DNA of 33,439 nt from Octopus bimaculoides (Eukaryota). Below the pieces are notes generated by a model. The model was not told where the DNA came from. It worked only from the letters and a program-made list of their open reading frames with translations, and did not search any database. Numbering within the stretch: the stretch's first letter is position 1; every line of letters begins with the position of its first letter. The stretch covers positions 54,099,723 to 54,133,161 of the forward strand of contig NC_068998.1 in NCBI RefSeq assembly GCF_001194135.2, written 5' to 3'. Below, piece by piece: positions 1-11,480 of this stretch. The position numbers and the translations under genes were made by a program.

Positions 1-80
1 GTAATGGATCTAATCCCTTTGTCTTCCCTTCTTTGTCCCCTTTATATTTAGCCCCCTGTCGGCAATAAAGAAATAAATAA
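1..80 (+). mobile_element. 3' end of a SINE family A-like variant, cut by the window edge
   Basis: GTAATGGATCTAATCCC resembles the GTCGATCTAATCGAC block of family A; ends TTTAGCCCCCTGTCGGCAATAAAGAAATAA, recalled as an octopus SINE 3' variant. Confidence 0.3.
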
Positions 81-83
81 TAG

Positions 84-138
<55 letters not shown>

Positions 139-153
139 CAGCAGCAGCAGCAG
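84..153. repeat. (AGT)n grading into (AGC)n microsatellite
   Basis: Direct reading. Confidence 0.95.
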
Positions 154-522
154 TGGTATCTTAAAGCACTCGACTACCTTTTACCAGTATATTCTGGTCC
201 ACAGTATTCGAAACAACGACCGTACGTAGTCTTAACAAACAAGATTTAGCATATTCTCTTAATGCTATACACATCCTCTACAAATGATCACTGCAAAAGC
301 CGTTCAGACCATTTGTACGTGCTTAACATTCAATATTCATTTTATTTTCCTTTTTATAGGCTCAATCATTTGTTTTATTTATTTAATTTTTTTTTTTTTT
401 GTCGTTTAACTTACATGATCGATAAATCCAAAATTTTTAATGTGCCGTGCTCCGACAATAAACACATTATCTTCTCATGCGGGTGCGCGCGTAACTGGTT
501 TGTGCTTGTGTATGTGTGTTTA

Positions 523-524
<2 letters not shown>

Positions 525-585
<61 letters not shown>

Positions 586-950
586 NNNNNNNNNNNNNNN
601 NNNNNNNNNNNNNNNNNNNNNNNNNNNNNNNNNNNNNNNNNNNNNNNNNNNNNNNNNNNNNNNNNNNNNNNNNNNNNNNNNNNNNNNNNNNNNNNNNNNN
701 NNNNNNNNNNNNNNNNNNNNNNNNNNNNNNNNNNNNNNNNNNNNNNNNNNNNNNNNNNNNNNNNNNNNNNNNNNNNNNNNNNNNNNNNNNNNNNNNNNNN
801 NNNNNNNNNNNNNNNNNNNNNNNNNNNNNNNNNNNNNNNNNNNNNNNNNNNNNNNNNNNNNNNNNNNNNNNNNNNNNNNNNNNNNNNNNNNNNNNNNNNN
901 NNNNNNNNNNNNNNNNNNNNNNNNNTATATATATATATATATATATATAT
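525..950. repeat. (TG)n/(TA)n microsatellite spanning assembly gap N586-925
   Basis: TA repeats on both sides of the N run. Confidence 0.95.
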
Positions 951-1445
951 GCATACATACATATACATGTGTGTGAGCGCGCATGTGTGTGAATAAATTA
1001 TTTATCAACTGTAAGACAGGTACTAATATACTATTATCCAGTCCGAGTCGAAATAAAAATTTAATGGAAGCATTAAATTTACTACTGAAACACACATGCG
1101 CGCGCGCGCGATTTCCGTTTAAAATCTCAAATATCCCACTGCGTTTATTTGTTTGTTTTTCTAACCTCGTCACTGCTGACCTCTGCAAAGTGACACATAT
1201 AGCCTGAGGTTTGTTAAATTGACGTTTCGATCGATAGCCAGTAAATCCTAACGAAAATTTCTCACGTTCGCCAGTTCTTATCATGTCTGTCTAGAGAAAA
1301 GTATCATTAGACATCATATTCTCTCAACGCATCAAAGAAATTTCGAAAAATAAGCCGTTTCCTTCTCTGATATGTTGTCATCTTTTTTGTTTTTCTGTTC
1401 ATTTTTCTCTAAGCGGCAATAAAGAAAAATATCAGTTACGACATG

Positions 1446-1665
1446 TTTACCCTTTCGTCAACTTGTTTTAGTTACTGGGTTGTGGTCATGCTTGGACATC
1501 ATCTTGGTAAAAGGCTTGGTCGATCAAATCGACTCCAGTATTTGTTTTTAAGTTTGTTTCTCGTTCTATCGAGGTCTTTTGCCGAACAGCTGAATTTCGA
1601 GGATATAAACGAAACAACACTTTTGTCAAGTGTGGTAGGACAAACACAAACATACACACGCGCAC
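1446..1665 (-). mobile_element. SINE family B, degenerate 3' half
   Basis: Collinear similarity to 1935-2130 and 3852-4060 (GTCGA..AAATCGAC.CCAG, TTTTGCCGAAC, GTCAAG blocks). Confidence 0.55.
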
Positions 1666-1671
1666 ACATAT

Positions 1672-1830
1672 ATATAGTTGAAATTTATAGAAAGACAAAA
1701 GACGAAGACAGGTGTATGAACAACAAGCAAGTCTATTAGTTTGACGCTCGGGAAAATGAAAAAGTCTTTTATGTTTCAAGCCTACGCTCTTCAACAGAAA
1801 GGAATAAGAGAAAATAAACAGAGAGAGAAT
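1672..1830 (-). mobile_element. Penelope-like terminal segment with degenerate hammerhead motif
   Basis: Minus strand reads CTTT-CTGTTGA-A-GAGC-GTAG-GCTT-GAAA-CATA-AAAG; downstream TTCCCGAGCGTCAAACTAATA resembles the sequence after the 17535 motif; ends at a TA run. Confidence 0.45.
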
Positions 1831-1934
1831 TTTTAAAAATTGTGGATGTAGCAGGAATTATGGATGCAGGCATTGCTGTAGCTCATTTCACAGCTGAATG
1901 GTTTTCGGTTTTACTCCATTGCATGACATCTATT

Positions 1935-2292
1935 CTTTTACTTTTCTTTTAATTGTTTCAATCAACAGACTGCAACCATGCTCTGGTACCACCTTGAAGA
2001 ATTTTTAGTCAAATAGATCAACTCCAGTGCTATTTTTTAAAGCCTGGTATCTATTCTATTGATCTTTTTTATCTAACTGCTAAGTTATGGTGATATAAAC
2101 ACACCAACACTGGTTGGCAAGTGGTGGACACACACATACACAGGTTTCTTTCAGTTTCCATCTACCAAATCCACTCAAAAGGCTTTGGTCAGCCTGACGC
2201 TACAGAAGAAGACAGTTGCCCAGGTGCCACGCAGTGGACTGAACCTGGAACCATGTGGTTGAGGATTAAGCATCTTACCACATAGCCACACC
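1935..2292 (-). mobile_element. SINE family B, near full length, tRNA-derived head
   Basis: A-box-like TGGCTATGTGG (2288-2278), B-box-like GGTTCAGTCC (2245-2236), internal (TG)n, 3' end GCATGGTTGCAGTC plus A-rich tail; related copies elsewhere in the window. Confidence 0.8.
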
Positions 2293-2369
2293 TGTACACC
2301 TACTTTCAAGTAAAATTAGCTGGGGACAAATAATGTCGTATGACCAAAAGCAGAATACGATGCCAGTGG

Positions 2370-2690
2370 TACATCATCGTCCTATGTCTATTTCCCATGC
2401 TCGAATGGGTTGGACAGGTCATTTCCCACACAATCCTGTCACTTATGGTACTTTGTAATCTCCCCACCTTTGTTTCTTTCTGTTTTAAGGCTCAGCATCC
2501 TGAGATCAGCTTTCACTGCTTCTGCCCATGTCGTCCTCAGTCTTCCAATCCTGCTGGTTCCGTTTTGCTCCCTCTGTTGTCCTCCACATTCATTACACAA
2601 CCACACCAACACAATCTTCTTACTTGCACACTAAAACTGATTCTTCTGACAAGAGCTGAGAACTGTGGAGAAAAAACATCAATAACCAAC
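2370..2690 (-). mobile_element. RTE-clade LINE 3' fragment, frameshifted
   Basis: Minus translation VRRISFSVQVRRLCWCGCVM then IGRLRTTWAEAVKADLRML, matching RTE C-terminal RRLRWYGHV and GRPRKTW motifs; RTE-type end TGTCCAACCCATTCGAGCATGG..GATGATG. Confidence 0.7.
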
Positions 2691-2787
2691 GGGGAACGAA
2701 GTGTTTAAGTAACTCATTTTCGTCTACATTTAACGCTCGACAATTCATCTTTCAAAGTTCAAAACAAATATTAATAGCTCTATTAGG

Positions 2788-2920
2788 GTGGCGAGCTCCG
2801 GCATTTTGTCTGTCTCTACGTTCTGAGCTCAATACTTTCGGGGTCTATAATATAAATACCAGTTGAACTCTGGGGTCGATTTAATCAATTTATCCCCTAG
2901 TGCCAAAATGTGAAATTAAC
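2788..2920 (+). mobile_element. SINE family A, degenerate and internally deleted
   Basis: GGCGAGCT, ACGTTCTGAG, TTTCGGGGTC, TACCAGTTG, TGGGGTCGAT blocks shared with the 5779 copy. Confidence 0.45.
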
Positions 2921-3851
2921 ATTAATAGTTGTATTAAGGTCGTGCAAGTCTACTTGTCGCCCAGTCTTAAAGGTGCCTGAAAACCAGTTTTCCTCCACAG
3001 TGAATTAATCATAAAGGAACGAAAATACTAATGTCAAAATAATCATATATATTTCTTTGACACATTTCGATATTTTATTACCTTGGGGGGAAAATAGTAA
3101 ACAAAACCCTTTAATCTTCCCGGTGCATTATCAATATAAACAAAGCGAAATATTCTTTCTGTTAAAAGTGATAAACAAACGTTAATTGAAAGCCTTTCAT
3201 GACGTCAATCTTTTGATTTTTTTTTTCAAAGAACCTTATTATTTCCACATCGATCTTGATTAAGTCGTGAGTTTTCTTCTTTTATTTTTTGTCGTTTTTG
3301 TCTTGATTTTTCAGTGTTTTGCGTTTGTTATTGTTTATTTTTTCCCCTCTTTCTTCTATTCTTTGAAATTTAATATTCCGATCGTTGTGGGATCAAATGT
3401 GATGGCGTTTTCCACAGAGTATGAATGGGTTTGAATGTTTTTCTTATTGTTACTGTTAATATGTTTTCCCCATTATTTGTTCGACCATTATCTTATCACT
3501 GGCATTAATTGCCTTCATAAAATTACAAACTTGTGTTTCTATAAATCAACTCAAAGAACGAAATACGTTCTATTTAATGAAAACAATATCTCATCAATGA
3601 CATATAGCGCTTCATCTACATCGCTTCTTTTTTCTTTCTTAATAAACATACAAACTTTGGCTCCCACAGTTTTATCACCCCCGTCGTTATAATGAAGTGG
3701 ACGATAAATTAATATACGTGGCAGAATATATTGTAACATACAGTATGCTGTATTGTAATAAATAGTAGAACGTAACGAAATACATGCTATATTGTATCTT
3801 CAATATGGTTCCCTATATCTGTTCTATATCTCTTTACATCATATCTTCTGA

Positions 3852-4060
3852 CTTTGATTTGTTTCATTCATTAGACTGCGGCCAAACTTGGGCAGCGCCT
3901 TGAAGAGTTTTAGTCGAACAAATCATCTCCAGTTTTTAATTTTTCTTTTAAGTCTGGTTTTTATTCTTTCGAACTCTTTTGCCGAACCGTGATATTACAG
4001 GACGTAAATAAAGCAGCGCCGGTTGTCAAGCATTAGGGGAGAACACACACGCGCATACAC
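3852..4060 (-). mobile_element. SINE family B, 3' half
   Basis: GACTGCGGCCA, TTTAGTCGAACAAATC, CTTTTGCCGAACCG, GGTTGTCAAGC blocks match other B copies. Confidence 0.65.
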
Positions 4061-4321
4061 ACACGCGCAAAGTCGACCTCGGCAGAATTTAATAATAGTG
4101 AAACTAATAATAGAAATTTGTGTTTGTCCTAATTTATCCTACATACGCTCTGTATTTTATAACTAGTAATAATACTACTAAATATAGCTGTTACTTACCC
4201 ACTATACTAGTAGTAGACTGGAATAGCATAATCTACGTGGAGCTATAAACAAAACAGTAGTGGCCGTGCCCTTATTTCAACGCACACAACACACATACAC
4301 ACACACACACACACACATAAT

Positions 4322-4502
4322 AAAATACAGGGGGATGAGTTAATTGTGATTTTATTCAACACATTCGTCTCTCAGATTCACACACTTATTGCGGTGGTCC
4401 TTCAGTTTTTATAAGCCCTGTAAAAGAACTCGGAAGGTAGGGCCTCCAACCAAGCCTTTCGCGAGCCCCTTAAAGCCAGGAACTTTTCAGCGCCCCCTCG
4501 TA
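4322..4502 (-). mobile_element. Tc1/mariner non-autonomous deletion derivative, one TIR retained
   Basis: TA followed by CGAGGGGGCGCTGAAAAGTTCCTGGCTTT (4500-4472), mariner-type TIR; interior translates QGL*KLKDHRNKCVNLRDECVE*, like the mariner transposase C-terminus (KCV..GEYVE). Confidence 0.75.
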
Positions 4503-5573
4503 TACATACATACAGACGTAATCTCCTCACCGAAAATTTCAGGCTTTGTGTCTAAATTAGAAATAAATGGAAAAGAAAATGAGATATTTTATCATTCATT
4601 ATATCTTTTCAGAAAACACTTCAAACTACTGCTATGGGAGATCGAAACCGTGGTTTAGGTCTCCCAGCTTCTTTTCTTTCCATACGGCGCTCGCCGCGAC
4701 ATTCGACTGCTATTTCAACGAGAAACTTTAAAATGTTTCGACAGATAAGTTGCTCGGTTTTTCACGTTGTTGTTTTTGCTGCTGCTTCTGTCGTTGTTGT
4801 TGTTGTTGTTGCTGTTGTTGTTTTAAACAAGATGGTGGCCATAAATTACTAAATGAGTTTGTCTTTAATATCGACGACAGAAACAGAGTTTCTCTTCGTA
4901 AAAGATTCTGATGGAAAAATAGTCGATTTATTTAGTCTCTGCTTCTCAATTAGCGATAACTAGCAAATGGCTTTTTAAAAATACAAAACGTAAAACAAAA
5001 GCAAACTACAAGCAAAAAACTACATTGAACGCTAGTCTAGCTACTACTTGTTCGTTGGTGACTTCAGCGACTTGTGTGTAAGTATGCGGAAGAAACACTC
5101 TTTTTCTTTAATTGCTGCTTTTAAAATTGCTTTTACAATCGATCAAATAAAAATAAAGTTCACAAAAGTCAACTAAATGCAAAGGAGATGCAAAACTCCG
5201 TAACGTTAATGAGAGAAATCTTTGCTTCTATTATCTGAGAATTTTACGAAGGGAATGGGTGGGGTGAATTAGTCTATATTAAAATTCTTCCAAGTAATCA
5301 GCCGTGAACTGAAGTGATAGGTATCTTGCCATCGCTTTCTTTTTTCTTTTTTGCTTCTGTATTTTATTAGTTTTGTTTTTGTTGATTTGTAAACATTTGC
5401 CAAACAAAATTGTTGTTTTATTCAATTTCGACTTCATTACTATATGCTTGTTTGTGTGTTCATTCTATCTTGTTTTGTTTTTTTTATGTGAGAGGAGGAA
5501 GGAGCAAGTCCTGACCTCCTTCACAGCTTCCGGATGTAGTTGGGGGAAATAAGTTGATCTTCAAACTGGAGCC

Positions 5574-5627
5574 CTAACGCGGACTATTTGAGGCTCCTTC
5601 ATTTGGCTCAACGAGCTGTTTCTTTAT
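5574..5627 (-). CDS. Candidate terminal coding exon, IKKQLVEPNEGASNSPR*, product unknown
   Basis: Strong acceptor: CTAAT branch-like motif, TTTTACGTTTCAG (AG at 5629-5628); phase 0 frame open to TAG at 5576-5574; AATAAA on minus strand at 5368-5363. Confidence 0.3.
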   Translation of the reverse strand: MKKQLVEPNEGASNSPR

Positions 5628-5778
5628 CTGAAACGTAAAAGCATTAGATTTGTTGGGGAGGTGCTGAAGTGATATACTCGGAGAAGAATAACGAACAGAA
5701 AGTGTGTGTGTACATATATATATATACATGTAAAACTACCAAGGTCCATTGAGCTTCGTAATATTCAACTCTTCCTCC

Positions 5779-5979
5779 GGGGCGGCCAGCTGGCAGAAAT
5801 GTTAGCACGCCTGGCGAAATGCTTAGCGGTATTTCGTCTGTCTTTACGTTCTGAGTTCAAATTCCGCCGAGGTCGACTTTGCCTTTCATTCTTTCGGGGT
5901 ACCAATCGACTTTCGGGGTATCTAATCGACTGGCCCCCCCTCCCCAAAACTTTCGGGCCTTGTACCTCGAGTAGAAAAG
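5779..5979 (+). mobile_element. SINE family A, near full length, with 19-bp target-site duplication
   Basis: tRNA-like head GGCCAGCTGGCAGAAATGTTAGC..GAGTTCAAATTCC, core GTCGACTTTGCCTTTCA; flanks 5760-5778 and 5980-5998 match at 17 of 19. Confidence 0.9.
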
Positions 5980-6444
5980 AATATTCATCTCTTCTTCCAC
6001 TCTCAATTCATTCCTCAATTTCCGCCTCCTCCCCACAGCTTTCACCCATCTCCCCGTTGTAGTCATTAGACTCTCTAACTGACCCTCAATTCCCCGTTGT
6101 CTGCCACGAATCAGAAGTTTCAGGATAGATAGTGTACTCCAACGACCAGCCACTTAGACATCACTAAACAGCTAAACTAGGTATACCCGGACAACTAAAC
6201 AAGATTAAACAAACAAATATATATATATACGACTTTATTTCATTTTTGTAAGTTTTTTGTGGTTGGTTGAGCATCAAATGTCATATTTTCCCCATTGACG
6301 CTGTCGATGAAACCACAGCTTTTGTTGGGGTTGCTTAGCCCCAGATTTCCCTTCATCGGCCATATCTAAAATCAAATGTGTCCTAGCCGTGACCATCGGA
6401 CTGTGCAATTCATTGTCATTGTCGTTAATTGTGTAATAATGATT

Positions 6445-6655
6445 TCTGACAGAGGCACAAGGTTGAAAATTTGATGGGAGGAGTTAAACGATTAAACTCC
6501 CCCTCCCATAATTTAACTGGTATTTGATTCCATCCATAACGGAAGGATAAGAGACAGGGTTGGCCCTAGCGAAATTTGAACTCAGAACGTAAACAACTGG
6601 GTGAAATATACCACAGATTTTTGTCAAACACTCTAACGATTGTGGCAATATTCCG
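6445..6655 (-). mobile_element. SINE family A, old copy
   Basis: AGGCACAAGG, AATTTGAACTCAGAACGTAAA, CTAACGATT blocks match the 26081 copy. Confidence 0.55.
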
Positions 6656-6669
6656 TCATAAATTCTTTG

Positions 6670-6862
6670 TATAGGAACAAAAGCACTAATTTACGGAGGA
6701 TGGGGTTTGGTCGATTAAATACACCTCAGTATCGATCTGGAGTGATGAAAGGCATATCTCAAAAACGGTGTCATTTGAAATCAGAAAATAAGGAACCGTA
6801 AATAAATATAACGAGTCCTTTTTCGTGCGTTGTTCTAAAGATTCTGCCAATCTCCCGCCATC
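6670..6862 (-). mobile_element. SINE family A, very old copy adjacent to the previous one
   Basis: GTCGATTAAAT, GATGAAAGGCA, GATTCTGCCA..CCGCC blocks. Confidence 0.45.
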
Positions 6863-7630
6863 TTTAATTGTGTAATAATAATAATAATAATCTAAAAGTA
6901 TTGGTTTTTATTATATCACGGGCATGTTTAGTGTAAACTACAGCGCATATTTCGTGTCATACTCATTAATTGTGTAACAAAAGAATTATGTTGACCATTG
7001 TATCAACACTCAGGGAAACATTGCAGTATCTTTTACAATATGTTGATTATTATGATTATTATTGTGTGTTTTTTGCTTTTATTTTTGGACAGTAATTAGT
7101 AAAACCGGTGTTTTACGTGAAACATTCTCAATAAAATGAACAAATAAGTTTCGAAAGATTTTTCTATTTCCTACACCTATCAAGGTATATTGTAGTTTGT
7201 GCTGAATATTGGTGCTTTATTATCAAATGCTTGTTCTGCTAGAAAATATGGTATCTCTCTCTATATTGACAACAGTATATGATAGTTTGTTTGTTTGTTT
7301 CGTCTTTTTTTTGTTTTGTTTTTTTTTTGCATTTAAGGTTTATTCATCACATTATTTGTAAAGAAAACCATTGAAGACAATCCTTTCATGACAGATATTA
7401 TCATGCATGAAGGATATTTTATATCGAAAACAATGTTGCATGATGTGTTTTGCATTGCGCAAGTTTATTTTAGCTCTATTCAACCGGATATTTTTGACTC
7501 CTTTTTTTTCTGTCGAATGATTTCGGCAATAAAGTGTTATGTCTTTTTACGAGCATCACAACGCTAAATACAAAAATAAAACATCCATGGCTAATGATAA
7601 TACTTAGGTAACGCAGATATAATGCATATT

Positions 7631-7694
7631 NNNNNNNNNNNNNNNNNNNNNNNNNNNNNNNNNNNNNNNNNNNNNNNNNNNNNNNNNNNNNNNN
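7631..7694. other. Assembly gap
   Basis: N run. Confidence 1.
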
Positions 7695-8055
7695 TATATT
7701 CTATCTTTGGGTCTACTTCATGTCATATTTCGCGTTTGAAAATTATTTAAGATCCGTTCATTTGGTTTTAGAGATACACTTTATATTTATTACCAGCATT
7801 TCTAGCTGGAAATCGACAATGTGATGCTGTTGTTTCACAGTAATATTGTTTTTATATTTCATTTCTTGTGTTTATGTACAGGAATATAAGAGCAACTTCA
7901 AAATAATTCGTATAAACTTTCACTTTGTGAAGTTTTGGGTAACACTGAAGTATACTTCAGACACCAAGAGTTGTATATCTACACACATTCCTAACGTACA
8001 GTAATTTAATAGCATTTATAGAATTAGATCAAATACATATATCTAACATATGTAA

Positions 8056-8093
<38 letters not shown>

Positions 8094-8303
8094 AAGGGTA
8101 TGTATACATGTGTCTACGTGTCTTTTCGATTTACAATAAATAAACACACGGATATATGTAGTTTATATATACATAGAGAGAAAGAGATATAGGCATACAT
8201 ACTTACTCACGATCGCGTATACACTTACATTTGTATTAACATTCATAACATGTCTGTGTATAAATATGCTTAAAGTTTAGTCCACATGCCGAGGATTGCT
8301 GCT

Positions 8304-8355
<52 letters not shown>

Positions 8356-8971
8356 TGCATATAAACGTGTGTGTGAGAGAGAGAGAGAGTGCGTATGTTG
8401 TGCATGTGCGTATGTACGTGCGTGCGTGTGTGTATAAATGTATGTAAATAATCTCTCTGTGAGATAACAGAAGATAACAACATCAGCCAGGTCGTCTGCA
8501 CCGTTCAGTTGTCGCCTGTAACGCAGAAACGACCATATCTACATTACAATGTTATAGTGTTTATAAGTTGAATCTATGGAAAGAAATTAGTATTGGGATT
8601 CATGTGGCTTGTTTAAGGTGCAATAAGAATTCTAACCGTTTCTTATTGAAATAAATGGTACTGTTTACAAGACAAACAGAGAAACAGAGATAACACTATA
8701 GAATTTACAAGGCGGAGATTCTATTTCAGTTGTCAGTTGTATTACGTGAAAATGTTTCAATACATGTTGTCTAATATTTGACATTTTATGAACCTAAGAC
8801 ATTAAGCTGGTACTTAATGAGATTTTGGTAGTGAATTTGTATGCCTACATACAAAATATACACAAACACAGACACGCACGCACACACACATATCTGTAAT
8901 TACATACATATATACGTATGTGTAGATATATTTATATCAAAGGTCGTGTGCGTTTATATATATGTATGTTA

Positions 8972-9018
<47 letters not shown>

Positions 9019-9179
9019 AACGCGCTCGCGCGCGCATATACGGTCACGCGTGTACACACACAAATATGTCATATATTATAATACATATTTGAATATGTGC
9101 GTGTGCACGTACGTACAAACACACACTGACATAGACACAAACATGTGTGTATGTGAATATTATATATACGTACACATTT

Positions 9180-9338
<159 letters not shown>

Positions 9339-9927
9339 TTGGCAGATAGACAAACAGATAGCAAAATAGAGAGATTGAGAAACAGCGAAAATGGTAAAAA
9401 GAGCGTCAAGTAGTATCCCTGAGTTTCGCTAGGAATTTTATGACATTAATTAATACTATTCTATAAATTTTATAGAAATTTTGAATAACAGCGGTGTTTC
9501 GAATGAAATAATGGATTCTTATTCATCATTCATGGACTATCAGCCCTGTTTAGAAATCGTGGATACCAAACGATCGGGCATGATTTTTCCGTCCGTGAAA
9601 CTTTTAATAATGCACATATCAGTCAAATTATATTTAATCTAATCGCATATTTAATCTCCATGTCATGTGTTACGTGTTCTATCGGTTGTTTTTCTTATGT
9701 TTATGCCAGTTTTAATTATGAAACTTCTTAACTCATTAATCCTTAAGTTATGATCATTTACCTGGTATTTTCGATATAATAAGATAGTTTCGCCATTACG
9801 TTGAGGCTTTACCTCAGTGTAGAGATAGCGATAAGTTAACATATATGACGGGTCCTCCTTCTTACACCTGAAGTGATTTAGAAAAAGGGAAATAATCTAA
9901 TTCAATCTGTCTTTCTAATCTAATCAG

Positions 9928-9984
9928 GCTACAGTTTTCAAGTGGACATACAAAGCATAAGCTTTTAAACTCTTAAATATTAAG
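9928..9984 (+). other. Candidate non-coding (UTR or lncRNA) exon, 57 nt
   Basis: Acceptor CTTTCTAATCTAATCAG and donor AAG/GTAAGC; stops in all three frames. Confidence 0.2.
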
Positions 9985-10396
9985 GTAAGCTACTCTATCC
10001 TAGACATCATCACTTCCAACACCTATTAAGTGCTGGTAGTATATCATGGCTGCTAAACGAAATACGATGTCCTTGTCAGCAATTAATATGTTCGTACCAG
10101 TTGCCAGGAATGTGTTTAATATGCAAATTGATCTACCGAATAGTATCACAACGGTAAACTTATTGTTTACTTAAGCTGCAAGTGATGCTGATGAAAGAGC
10201 AATAAATCCTGAAATATGCATATACACCCAGTACCTATTTTTTCTATCTTCGATCGAATTGTATATATTAGATGTATTCGGATACGAAACGTCGTAACCT
10301 TCACTGCTGGTTCTACATTCTATAGAAAACCTGTTGAGATACACTTAAAAGTGGTGTATCTGTGTATTTATGTATATATGTATGCGCGTTTGTGTA

Positions 10397-10401
<5 letters not shown>

Positions 10402-10428
<27 letters not shown>

Positions 10429-10943
10429 NNNNNNNNNNNNNNNNNNNNNNNNNNNNNNNNNNNNNNNNNNNNNNNNNNNNNNNNNNNNNNNNNNNNNNNN
10501 NNNNNNNNNNNNNNNNNNNNNNNNNNNNNNNNNNNNNNNNNNNNNNNNNNNNNNNNNNNNNNNNNNNNNNNNNNNNNNNNNNNNNNNNNNNNNNNNNNNN
10601 NNNNNNNNNNNNNNNNNNNNNNNNNNNNNNNNNNNNNNNNNNNNNNNNNNNNNNNNNNNNNNNNNNNNNNNNNNNNNNNNNNNNNNNNNNNNNNNNNNNN
10701 NNNNNNNNNNNNNNNNNNNNNNNNNNNNNNNNNNNNNNNNNNNNNNNNNNNNNNNNNNNNNNNNNNNNNNNNNNNNNNNNNNNNNNNNNNNNNNNNNNNN
10801 NNNNNNNNNNNNNNNNNNNNNNNNNNNNNNNNNNNNNNNNNNNNNNNNNNNNNNNNNNNNNNNNNNNNNNNNNNNNNNNNCATATATACATATTGACATA
10901 TATGCATGTATGTATGTATGTATGTATGTATGTATGTATGTAT
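10402..10943. repeat. (TA)n and (TATG)n microsatellites around assembly gap N10429-10880
   Basis: Direct reading. Confidence 0.95.
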
Positions 10944-11379
10944 GGCAAATAATCATTGAAACAAAGTATTAGCATTCGTTAGTTTACTTAGCAGACATGT
11001 TAAGACCTAAAAGGACACAGATTACAAGAGTCATCAATTATTATTAGAAATGTCGACAAAACAAAACAGAATAGAAACTGTCTGAATGAAAAATATGTCA
11101 CGCAAAACAATAATGGAAATGGATTGTGTTGTTAGTTGAAGCTAAGGAGAAAGAAGCGTTTCGTTAAAAGGTACAATCAAGATAACTGAGAGAAATCCAT
11201 TATGAAAGCAAAAAAAATGGTCATTTTAATGACCGCTATTCAAATAAAAAGCCAATTTGTAACAAGGACATAAGAAAGAAGAACTGGGACATGGGAACGA
11301 ACAGTAAAATAAATTGTAAGTTCTTGGGCAAACAGAAGACGCGACGTTAGTTTTCAGTATCCGGTTTAGGCAATTCCAC

Positions 11380-11480
11380 ATCACGTACGCTGCTAATGTG
11401 TCTGAAATAAGTGTTGTTCTTAGCCCGCCGACCGGTTTAAAATCATCAGCTGTTTTTGGGGTGCATTTAGCCACCAGCCA
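11380..11480 (-). mobile_element. Probable LINE reverse-transcriptase remnant (Rex/Babar or L2-like)
   Basis: LVAKCTPKTADDFKPV resembles the RT N-terminal motif VP(V)K...PK.LNDFRPVAL. Confidence 0.4.

Noticed and set aside
262-1284. Long ORFs across N-gaps (also 10216-10975 and 23727-24290)
   Set aside because: They exist only because N runs and TA/TG/ATT repeats contain no stops.
2340-2708. 122-aa plus-strand ORF
   Set aside because: Antisense to an RTE LINE fragment.
4199-4242. Minus-strand 44-nt exon with good splice sites
   Set aside because: Stops in all three frames and no partner exon; cannot be told from chance.
4733-4750. ATG TTT CGA CAG followed by ATAAGT as a first coding exon
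   Set aside because: The donor lacks GT or GC.
11226-11474. VGGLRTTLISDTL as a sodium:solute symporter-like exon
   Set aside because: No splice sites; the upstream PKTADDFKPV fits a LINE RT motif better.
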